A stretch of DNA of 22,323 nucleotides from Octopus sinensis. Lineage: Eukaryota. Positions 10,538-19,856 of the stretch are shown here, piece by piece. The position numbers were made by a program, and so were the translations under genes. Below the pieces are notes generated by a model, which saw only the letters and a program-made list of their open reading frames with translations, was not told the origin of the DNA and made no database searches. Numbering within the stretch: position 1 is the stretch's first letter; each line of letters starts with the position of its first letter. Location of the stretch: assembly GCF_006345805.1 (NCBI RefSeq), contig NW_021823786.1:1-22323 (forward strand), in the 5' to 3' direction.

Positions 10538-10757
10538 TTCACATAAATATAATCCAGTAAGCACATGAATGTGAAACAAGGTGGAAAAAATTAGTACTCG
10601 AATACCGGAGTTAGAATGATATGCTTTATTGCTAAATCTGCAAAAACATCATGAAAATATCACAAAAAGCTGCTACTCAGAACCTCATGTTCCCGTTCGT
10701 CGGGAAGTTGTGCTCCAGAATGGAATGATGTTTTTGCAGCTTTAATAATGAAGTCTA
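10538..10757 (-). mobile_element. (TA)n-anchored fold-back remnant with degenerate hammerhead-like centre, truncated by the maT insertion
   Basis: Inverted arms at ~10624-10652 and ~10724-10752 (CTGCAAAAACATCAT / ATGATGTTTTTGCAG); centre on minus strand CCGACGA-ACG-GGAA-CAT-GAG...GAGTA; ~85-nt extension to (TA)n. Confidence 0.5.
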
Positions 10758-10882
10758 TACAGGGTGCGATGAATAAATTATAGTCCAAATTACGCAAAAA
10801 GGAAAATAACACTGACATCTCATTTCAACAGATTTATTTACCAAAATTACGGAATAGTATCTTGAAATACTAAAGAGTAAAT

Positions 10883-12140
10883 TTATTCAATAAAATCCCC
10901 ATTGGCTTCAACCACAGCTTCCAGACCACTTCGGAATCTCCTGCAACTCATCTGGACGGTCTCCCTGTATAAGTTGGTGAATGCTGTCATAATCCTTGCC
11001 GAGTTTTGTTGGTCTCTCGCTTAACTGCGACCAACACATAATTATCAAAGGGATTGTAGTCTGAGGAGTTAAGTGGCCAAATGTTAGGGGTGATGTATTC
11101 ACAGAAATTGTCTGACAGCCATGACTGGGTTATCCTGCTTTTGTTGCATGGTGCAGAGTTCTGTTGCCAGACATAGTGTTTTCCAGCGGCCACTCTTTAC
11201 ACGCAGGGCAGCACTACCTCCTCCAGATACTTGATGTAAGTCTACGTGTTGAATCTGAGGCTGTGTGTTGAATGGAGGCATAACGTCGCCATCACTAATG
11301 AACACTCCAAATACCATGTTGCTGACTGGATATTTGATTTTTATCTATTTCTTTATTGCCCACAAGGGGCTAGACATAGAGGGGACAAACAAGGACAGAC
11401 AAAGGGATTAGGTCAATTACATCGACCCCAGTGCGTAACTGGTACTTTATTTATCGACCCCGAAAGGATGAAAGGCAAAGTCGACCTCGGCGGAATTTGA
11501 ACTCACAACGTAACGACAGACGAAATACGGCTACGCATTTCGCCCGGCGTGTTAACTTTTCTGCCAGCTCGCCGCCTTTGATTTTTATCACTCACGGTAC
11601 ATGTTTTTGGGGACGCGGCAAGCCCAATGTTGTGTGTGTTCACCATCTGATTTTGGTAGAAATTTTTCTTGTCTGAGAAAAACCAAAGCATGTTCGTTTG
11701 GAGGCGACGCTTGAGTTTTTTCAAAAGCTTCGTAGCGCGATCTTTCCTCTTGTCCTTGATGGCTTGAGATAAAGATTGGTCCTTTCCTATTTTCTATGAG
11801 AAATACCGAATGTCTTCATTGCAGTACCTACCAGATATGAAACTCAGACGCTCCCATGTCCCTGCCGATGGACCTGATTGACTAGGACGGATCGTTGTTA
11901 ATCATGGCAGGATCTCACCAACAAATTCAGTTCTTTTCTTATCAGAACGATCATAGTGAGTTTTTCCAGTTGCCGTACATTTGTAATCACCATTAGACCC
12001 ATCCAGTTGTTTCCGAATTTCTGCGTTGTCCTCAGATTGATGAGCAAACACTCAGAAGTATTCTTACTGAAGCTTCGGACGCGAATGCCAAGCAGTACAG
12101 CATGTCGTTACCAAATTTCTAGGAGAGTGAATTGCGTCAT
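10883..12140 (-). pseudogene. DD37D (maT) transposase pseudogene with frameshifts, stops and a SINE insertion
   Basis: Motifs: MTQFTLLEIW start, WFFSDKKNF (first D), MVFGVFISDGDVMPP, VWQQNSAP...WPLNSSDYNPFD (second D mutated to N; exactly 37 residues to the final D), C-terminus LEAVVEANGDFIE-stop. Confidence 0.9.
11346..11576 (-). mobile_element. SINE family A, tail type 1, full length, with perfect 13-bp TSD
   Basis: TTTGATTTTTATC at 11333-11345 and 11577-11589; removing the SINE plus one TSD rejoins the transposase sequence. Confidence 0.95.
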
Positions 12141-12271
12141 GGTGCTGTTTTTCTCATAGACGGTGCCCTACTGACCCTACTATACTGTGTAGTCGACAAA
12201 ATAAAAAAACAAACAATGCGCATGCGCGAAATAAAAATATACAAAGGCGATGATGTAGCTGCGACACCCAG

Positions 12272-12426
12272 TTTTTTCTCTCCTTTTTTTCCGCGTCCCT
12301 TTCTGTAGAAGAGCGTAGGCTCGAAACGTAAAAGACTTTCTCAATTCCTGAGCGTTATACTAATACATCTGTTTGTTTTGTACACCACATGTCTTCGTCT
12401 TTTGTTTTTTTTCGTGAACTCTCCCC
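12272..12426 (+). mobile_element. Penelope-like 3' remnant with variant hammerhead core, ending at (TA)n
   Basis: TTT-CTGTAGA-A-GAG-cgtagg-CTC-GAAAC-GTA-AAAGAC (12300-12336); the ~90-nt tail is nearly identical to 17060-17142. Confidence 0.65.
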
Positions 12427-12432
12427 TATATA

Positions 12433-12712
12433 TATATAAATTAGAAAAAAACACTTTTCCTCAATTCAACAATGAAAAAATTAAATCATACCATATAGAA
12501 ACAAATTACATCCTATAGAAAAAATTAAATATAAGATAAAAACATATACCACTGATTAAATAATGTACAAAATAATAAATAAAACGTGTATATTTGGTAA
12601 AATATTTTTTTTCTAATTTATATATTTATGTTACATTTTGTGAAATTTGATTTAGTATTTCTAAATTGAATTTTTCCCTGTAAGTTTGGAATAATATTCC
12701 CTAATATTATGT
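12433..12712 (+). mobile_element. (TA)n-flanked element with 19-bp perfect inverted arms and ~88-nt one-sided extension
   Basis: TATATAAATTAGAAAAAAA (12433-12451) versus TTTTTTTCTAATTTATATA (12606-12624); homologous to 3125-3335. Confidence 0.7.
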
Positions 12713-12724
12713 AATATATATATA

Positions 12725-13734
12725 TCTATATATATAAAACTGAGAATGTGTGCCTGTCTGTCTGTCTGTGTGTTTCCCTAAAACTTGAGAACTACACAAC
12801 CAATTTCATTCAAATTTTACACATGCCTTACTTAGGGTCCATGTAGTTTCATGGGCAAAAAAAATGTTCAACTTCTTGCCTAGAGCGAGCCCATAGCAAT
12901 ATCATATCTTCTCCACTATTTCAGTATTACGTTTTAAAAGTGAAACAAAAACATTTCTCTATTTTATGTAAGATACTTTCACTTTAACAATAAAAATAAT
13001 AAAAACAATTGAATTATATGTAGTAAGTAATAATTAAAATCAAACTAAAGTATGATATAATCGTAACATAACAAAAGTAAAAATAGCAATTGGTATAAAA
13101 TTGCATCAATGACTTGAACTTGAATAAGTGGTTTCACATGAATGGGAATAAATTAAAAATAAAATTAGCTTGCAGAAATGGAATAGTCCAGATGGATAAT
13201 AAAAAATTAAATTAAAGAAAAGACTATTGTCTATAAAGTATACAATGTAGAGAAAAAAGAAGATTTGAACACCTGGAGGAAAGCACCATCGAAAAGTGTA
13301 TTGGTGCGACTATTAAAGATATCTAACTAGAGTGGTAAATTCGCCGCAATAGAAGCAAGGGAGTACTCGACTCGAACTTGCAAAGAGGAAATATTTTATT
13401 TTTACCTTTATATCTGGGACGTAGGACGTGCCGGATAAAAATTAAAAATGCCCCCCCCCCAGATTGAGGTAGGGTGGATTGTAGTCACACTTCTATACAA
13501 GAGGGAGGACAAGATACAATTGATCGAAATTGGAAGAGACGGGCTTACAATTTCAGTCTGTTATATATTTTGAGTATTGTTATCACTAGCTATATCAAGA
13601 TATAACTTTGTATTTTGTATTTTATGTGTAGATGTATATATATATAGATGTACATGTAATATGTACACATATATATATACACATATATACATGCACTAGC
13701 ACTATGACCCGGCAACGACGGGTCATAATGCTAG
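12725..13734 (+). mobile_element. Non-autonomous Helitron
   Basis: A|TC 5' end at 12724/12725, short (GTCT)n near the 5' end, 3' hairpin TATGACCCG-gcaacga-CGGGTCATA (13703-13727), terminal CTAG (13731-13734) followed by T, giving the A|T target. Confidence 0.75.
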
Positions 13735-13767
13735 TATATATATATATATAGGTAGCGAGAACGCATT

Positions 13768-14043
13768 CCCTGGTGGTGAGGGTGGTGTATTTAAGATTGT
13801 GCAATTGTGGTTTTAATTCCTAGACCGTGTGGTACGTTGTGTTCTTGAGCAACTCGCGTTGCTCTGCGATCACTTCGACAAGTGACTCGTGGCACAGCGT
13901 GCACCTGTTTCGGTAGAGTCGATTTGACGGAGGGCGTGAACTAATGTGCAGCTCATACATTTAATCACTATAAACACTATGTGCAGGTTTTCCGGCAAAA
14001 GTTGAACGCTCATACGTCGTCTTCGAAGGCAGACTACATCACA
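13768..14043 (+). mobile_element. Third tRNA-derived SINE-like family (C), degenerate
   Basis: CCTGGTGGTGAGGG A-box-like head, decayed B-box region (GTTTTAATTCC), GTTGTGTTCTTGAGCAA segment; single copy in the window, assigned by pattern recognition. Confidence 0.55.
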
Positions 14044-14152
14044 TATGTATATATTTATATATGTATATATTTATCTCTCAACAGATGGAATACAGTTTTT
14101 GTTGATCTTTCTATCACATTGTGTGTGTATGTGTGTATGTGTGAGTGTATAA

Positions 14153-14206
<54 letters not shown>

Positions 14207-14569
14207 CTATAGATAAATAGACTGAAAGGAAGATAAAAAGTCATAGAAAGGAAAAGGAAATGAGGAAACAGGAAAAAATATTAAAGAAGATGAAAGTTAT
14301 AAGACAAACATAAAACGAAGTAAAAATGATTTAAAACTGAAAATAATAGAGAATGTATTTGTCGGATCTCCATCGGGAGAGGTGATGAGCATTCAGTTGT
14401 TCATTCAACGTTATTCCACATACTTGTGAAATTTAGGTGTAAATGGCCGTGTATTCCACAGTTATATATAGCCTTAATATCATTCTCAAGCAGAATAAGC
14501 GTGATACATAGTGTCACATGACTGGACATTTGTATTCTAAGAATCGAGCGAAAGAGGGAAGAAGAAGAG

Positions 14570-14620
<51 letters not shown>

Positions 14621-14658
14621 CAATAACAACAACAACAATAATAATAATAATGATGATG

Positions 14659-14689
<31 letters not shown>

Positions 14690-14730
14690 TAATAATGATA
14701 ATAATAACAATAACAATAATAATAATAATA
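14570..14730. repeat. (AAT)n/(AAC)/(GAT) microsatellite
   Basis: Direct reading. Confidence 0.95.
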
Positions 14731-15274
14731 CTGATGCAGTACCAGGCAGTGGCTCTCATGGCTTCTGATCTTAACTGATTGGAAGTGTTATCATGTACTT
14801 GTTTTGTCTTGGTAAAAAGATGGCTACAGCAAATATTCTGCTCAATACCACAGATTTGCTTGTCAGTTGTTTTGACTTAACCAGTTGAGCATGTCCCTTA
14901 GTGGCTGACGATATGTGCATCTCTGATCACGAGCAAAGTAGTGGGGAGCATCATAGCCATGTGTTGAGAGGGATTCTTTGGGATTTGAATAGTTCACCTC
15001 TGGAACATGGGTGGTTCTTTCAACATCCTTAAGCAACCCTTATTCAGGGACCGTTGAGCGGGATGGGCTACTCAACCTGAAGAAAATTCTAACTGGGCCC
15101 CACCTGCAAGGTCATGTTCTTTTATCTTGATATGAGATCACCATGTCGCGCACATATGGTTGTGATGCATGTGCCTGGTGTAACTTTATCAGACGGGTAG
15201 TCATGATGGGTATATTGGGCTTCGTATATTTTACCCCAGTGTCACTTTGATGGCATGAACTGCTCTCTCACCTC
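14731..15274 (+). mobile_element. ~540-bp (AAT)n-embedded element, copy 2 (longest)
   Basis: Homologous to the other three copies; (AAT)n on both sides. Confidence 0.9.
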
Positions 15275-15480
15275 ATAATATAATAATATAATAATACTAA
15301 TAAATATAATATATAATAATAATAATAATACGAGGAAAAAGAAGAAGAAGAAGAGAAGAAGAAGAAGAAGAAAAGACGAAGAAGAAGAAGAAGAAGAAGA
15401 AGAAGAAGAAAAGAAAAGAAAGAAAAGAAGAAGAAGAAGAAGAAGAAGAAATTGAAGTAGAAGAAGCAGAAAAAGAAACA
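15275..15480. repeat. (AAT)n then (GAA)n/(GAAAA)n purine tract
   Basis: Direct reading. Confidence 0.9.
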
Positions 15481-15494
15481 GGAACAGAAGAATC

Positions 15495-15555
15495 CAGTAC
15501 TGGGATGATCAGTGTTAAATTTGAACTCACAACGTAGAGTAGTGTCGGAACAAAA
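15495..15555 (-). mobile_element. Short SINE family A fragment
   Basis: Minus strand ACGTTGTGAGTTCAAATT matches the B-box segment of the other copies. Confidence 0.4.
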
Positions 15556-15571
15556 GCTGATCACGCACGCA

Positions 15572-15639
<68 letters not shown>

Positions 15640-15649
15640 ACAAACACAC

Positions 15650-16800
15650 ACAATGATAAGTCAAAGATTATACGCACTTTTGTTCAAGAAGAGCCTGAAC
15701 AACTACATCATTTTCCCATATAGTCTTCTTACTTTTCGATGCGCTTCTTCCAGTGATCCACAAGCTTCTTCTTCCATCGGAAGTTTTCGGCTGCTTTTGC
15801 AGCCACTTATGCACCTCTCTTGCGATTCTTCGTCCGTAGCAAATCGACGATCTTTTAAAGGATGTTTGAGATTCCCAATCAAAGAGGTGATTGAAAGCGC
15901 AAGATCCGGACTATATGTGGAATACGCCAACAACTCGAAACGCAATTTGACAATGGTTTCATCGGTTTGGCTGTGAACTGTTGTACGACATTAATTCTTG
16001 GTTTGAGTAAAGACCTCGACATTTGGTGTGAATTGCTGGTTTCAATTTGTTGACCAATATTTCGCTGTAGCCTACACATTATCTTCTCTAGTTAAGGTTT
16101 CTGCATAGGCTCTTTTGCGTCTCTTTGTGGAACGTCGAGTCTTGAGTTTCTTTTTCACTGGCGATTCCATACACAGCATTTTGGAGTTGAGCTCAAAGGG
16201 AGGAACCAGATTTCATTGCCTGCGACAGTTGTTTCCCAAAAATGCTTCGCTTTCATCTCTGTAGCGGTCGAGTAAGCGTTGACAAATCTCCGCACAATCG
16301 TGCTTATGCGCACAGACTTTACAGGACCGAAACTTGTCGTCAATGATTTCGTATGCAGAACCATAGTTAATTTGCAGAGATGTTACCTCATCGATGGTCA
16401 CTCGCCGGTTCACCAGAACCATCACTCGAGCTTCTTGAATATTTACGTCAGTGGTGGAGTTTAATGAGCGTCTTGCTCGCTCTTGGTGTTTTACATTTGT
16501 CCGGCATTTTAAAACTTCCCGATCCAGTCATACGTTCTTCTACGGTGTAGAGTGATGTAACCGTAGTGTATAGAAGGCCTGCGATGAATTTCAGTGCCTG
16601 ACAATCAGACAAGAGAAACCGGGTCACTGATTTCTGTTCTTCTTTGGTGCAGAATGCTAGCACGGCGGCTATGTTTACTCTGTAACACAAGTAAGAAAAC
16701 TTGAGTGATCGAGGCCAAACCACGGTTTCGTAACGTAAAGAATACCACCTTTGAGTGTGAGGGCGCTGAAGACAGTTTTGGTGAAAGAGTGATTAATCTT
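15650..16800 (-). mobile_element. mariner (DD34D-type, irritans-like) DNA transposon, degenerate
   Basis: Contains the transposase remnants listed below; termini eroded by (CA)n and a SINE tail, so TIRs are not confidently seen. Confidence 0.85.
15708..16672 (-). pseudogene. mariner transposase pseudogene
   Basis: CTKEEQKSVTRFL N-terminus (start codon mutated to ATA), RRVTIDEV..LQINYGSAYEII (HTH), VAGNEIW (TGDETW-like), YSPDLALS (YSPDLAPSD-like), RRFATDEE, C-terminal DYMGK-stop; many frameshifts. Confidence 0.9.
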
Positions 16801-16851
16801 TTACTACCCTTTACTGGTTTCAGTCATTTGACTATGACGGTGCTGGGACAC

Positions 16852-16855
<4 letters not shown>
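16800..16855 (-). mobile_element. SINE family B 3' tail fragment
   Basis: Minus strand CCCAGCACCGTCATAGTCAAATGACTGAAACCAGTAAAG matches the B tail at 2835-2875 and 10310-10350. Confidence 0.6.
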
Positions 16856-16896
<41 letters not shown>

Positions 16897-16949
16897 GAGG
16901 GGGTATTTGTGTGTGGGGGTATGCAACCGTTAATCCAGATACGTGCTTT

Positions 16950-17142
16950 CTCTCTCTTCCCCCCCACACTCCATCTGTTTCCTCTCCTCATTCCGTTGTG
17001 TAGAAGAGCTTAAGTTTGAAACGTCAAAGACTTCTATTTTCCCTATATATATATTTTCTATTCCTGAGCGTTATACTAATACATCTGTTTGTTTTGTACA
17101 CCACCTGTCTTCGTCTTTTGTTGTTTTTTCGTAAACTCTTCC
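16950..17142 (+). mobile_element. Penelope-like 3' remnant, same family as 12272-12426
   Basis: GTGTAGA-A-GAG-cttaag-TTT-GAAAC-GTC-AAAGAC (16998-17031) plus the shared tail, ending at (TA)n. Confidence 0.65.
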
Positions 17143-17194
<52 letters not shown>

Positions 17195-17200
17195 CATATA

Positions 17201-17594
17201 AAGTAAATAAATGGCACAACGAAGCACCGATATTTACTGGAAAATAGCGAACGTAATAAATACGACGCTAATGTATATCTTCACTGCGTATGTACTAGTA
17301 AAGATGCGTGTGCGCAACAAACATGAAAAAAAATTGTCTTACCACTAGGAAGAACATCTGAAAAATGAAAAACCTAGAAACGGATAATGCAGTACCGGTT
17401 TCAGATTCTTCAAAATACGTTTGCCAACGTATATTTGATTTATCTTCATCAGCTGCATATACCTCGACAATATTTCAAATGTGGCCACATCTATGCCAGT
17501 ACACTCGTCTGAACGCCAAAACGTTAACAGAACGAGAACAGTGAAGAAGTTTCAATGAAAATAGTAATGCAATACTCTCGTATTGCATTACTAT

Positions 17595-17600
<6 letters not shown>
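17201..17600 (-). mobile_element. 400-nt (TA)n-flanked non-coding element carrying a hammerhead ribozyme (Penelope-like or retrozyme-like)
   Basis: (TA)n on both sides, perfect 21-bp hairpin at the 5' end, full hammerhead in the middle, T-rich 3' region. Confidence 0.65.
17387..17458 (-). ncRNA. Type I hammerhead ribozyme with intact catalytic core
   Basis: Minus strand: AUGCAG-CUGAUGA-AGAU-[aaa UCAAAuAUACGUU ggca AACGUAUUUUGA aga]-AUCU-GAAA-C-CG-G-U-A-CUGCAU. Stem I 6 bp; stem II 4 bp plus 12 bp extension; stem III palindromic ACCGGU; triplet GUA. Confidence 0.8.
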
Positions 17601-17662
<62 letters not shown>

Positions 17663-17790
17663 GTATATATATATATACATACATATACATACATACATAC
17701 ATACATACATACATACTACATACATACATACATACATACATATATTACATATAATATTATAACATATATGTATCTATGTATGTATGTAGG
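17601..17790. repeat. (TA)n and (TACA)n microsatellites
   Basis: Direct reading. Confidence 0.95.
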
Positions 17791-17869
17791 TTTGAAAAGG
17801 GCGAAAAGAAAAGAAAGATAAATCTAACACTTTTCTCCGCACGTTGATAGAGCGTTACTATATCGCATG

Positions 17870-18440
17870 GAACCTTTTGTATCAGAAGAAAACATTTACC
17901 ACCAAAAAGAACCTATCGTCGTCGAAAGGAACTCTTTTTTTCTACTGGGAATATTTTTTCTATCAAAAATCTTTTTTCTATAAAGGGAACTTTTACCTTA
18001 TCAAACGAGAATTGTTCCCCACCATAAGGACCTGTCTTCCATCAAAAGAATTTTTTCCACGAAAAGGAGACTTTTCCCATTACAAAGAACACTTTTTCTA
18101 CAATGGTAACATTTTCCCACAGAAAAAAAGGAACCCGTTTTTATCAACAATTTTTCTACAAGAGGCAACTTTTCTCATCAGGAGTAACCTTTTTCTACAA
18201 AGGGATTCTTTTTCCCAACAAGCAGGCACTTTTCCCACAAAAGGAAACCGTTTTCAAAAAAGAAAACGTTTTTCCAGCAAGAAGAACGTAATTTATTTAA
18301 TATATAAAGTAATTTATTTAATATATAAAGTAATTTATTTAATATATAAAAGTAATTTATTTCCACAAAAAAGACCCTTTGCCATCAAAGAGAATCTTTT
18401 ACTATGGAAGGGAACTTCTCCGCTACTGGCGAGGCAACTT
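17870..18440. repeat. Degenerate ~18-22-bp minisatellite (AAAGGRA-CTTTTYCYAC-like) containing a perfect 21-bp repeat x3.5
   Basis: Alternating A-rich and T-rich blocks; GTAATTTATTTAATATATAAA at 18288-18308, 18309-18329, 18330-18350, partial to 18361. Confidence 0.7.
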
Positions 18441-19309
18441 GTCAACATTTTCCATTATTGTTTCTTTCCTTGTGTCTTTGTTTCTGTTGTTGCTTAACCC
18501 CAGGCCAACCCTGTTTAAGGAGACTTCTTCGTATAGCCACGACTAAACTGCCCAATGTGTCGTTCTCTTATTATTAGACGGTATATGTACATAATTTAAG
18601 GAACATTTGGCTGTTATTTTTAGCAAGTCGACAAATTGTCTAGATGCTCACTCATAGGCTGGTTCTGGCTCTGTAGTTTTCCTCCAATGAAAAACATAAA
18701 AATAACAAAACACGACAAAAAAAAACCCAATGTTTCTTGGTTAAACAAACAAACAAACAAAAAAAACTGTGTCAGACTCTTACATAAAAGAGCCTAATCA
18801 AGCGGTTTAGCGACTTCTCAATCGGTTATAAACATTTGAAAACATTCAAACAGAAGCAGTAAATGAAAAGCGGATATTGTTGCAGTAGGTGAACAATTTA
18901 AACAACACCGGTTGAAACAATACGGTCTTAAGTGTGCGTTGTAAAAATACCTTTCTTGTTGTTACTGATTTTTGTTATTATTGTTCTTTTTATTGTTGTT
19001 GTTAGTATTGTTTGTTTTTGTTCATATTAATTTATATGTATATTATTTTTGAGAACCGAAAGTAGTTTCAAACTCTTGACAAGTTATAGAAACCTGATGG
19101 ACAAAAGATCTTTTAATGAATACACACGATAGTCAGTGGTACGGAAATGAGGATGGAAAATGGTGGATGAAGAGAAACGGGAGAATGGGGAGAGGAAGGA
19201 GAGAAAAAGAAGAGGGGGGAAGGATGAGGAAGAAAGATCATTGACGAGTGCTTGATATATGTTTTTAACTTTTTCATCATCATCATCATCATCATCATTA
19301 TTGTTGTTG

Positions 19310-19348
<39 letters not shown>

Positions 19349-19565
19349 GGGCGGTGAGCTGTCAGAATTGTTAGCATACCGGGCAAAATGCTCAGCGGCA
19401 TTGCTTCCGTATTTACGTTCTGAGTTCAAATTCCACCGAGGTCGACTTTACCTTTCATCCTTTCGGGGTCGAGAAATTAAGTACCTGTGCGTATTGGGAT
19501 CGATCTAATCAACTGGCACCCTCCCCGCCAAATTTCAAGCCTTGTCCCTATAGTAGACAGGAATA
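19349..19565 (+). mobile_element. SINE family A, tail type 2, full length
   Basis: GGCGGTGAGCTGTCAGAA head, GAGTTCAAATTC, tail AAATTTCAAGCCTTGTCCCTATAGTAGACAGGA then (ATT)n. Confidence 0.9.
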
Positions 19566-19589
19566 TTATTATTGTTGATATTGTTATGA

Positions 19590-19810
19590 AGGCGGTGAGC
19601 AGGCAGAATCGTTACTGCGCTGGACGAAGTGCTTAATGGCATTCCTTCGGCTCTTTAAGCCCTCAGCTCAAATCCTGTCACGGTCGACCGTTTCTTTTAT
19701 CCTTCCGGGGGCAATAAAATAAATACCAGTGATGTGCTGGAGTGGATGTATTCTTAAACTCACTACCCTAATCAATTTTCTGTTCCTGTGTTAAAACTAG
19801 AAACATTATT
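19590..19810 (+). mobile_element. SINE family A, tail type 2, older copy
   Basis: GGCGGTGAGCAGGCAGAATCG head; colinear with but diverged from 19349-19565. Confidence 0.75.
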
Positions 19811-19856
19811 AATATAAATGTCTATAGTAGAATTATTATCATTGATGTCATTACTA

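Larger units (their letters stand above)
10760..12270 (-). mobile_element. Tc1/mariner-superfamily DNA transposon, maT (DD37D) type, degenerate
   Basis: TA followed by CAGGGTG TIR start at 10758-10766; transposase remnants inside; the opposite TIR is only weakly recognisable near 12245-12271. Confidence 0.85.

Noticed and set aside
18288-18361. 21-bp direct repeats as a CRISPR-like array
   Set aside because: Head-to-tail with no spacers, eukaryotic context; simple tandem duplication.
17844-18497. 217-aa ORF as a real protein
   Set aside because: No ATG start, lies entirely on a degenerate minisatellite, F/K-biased composition reflects T and A tracts.
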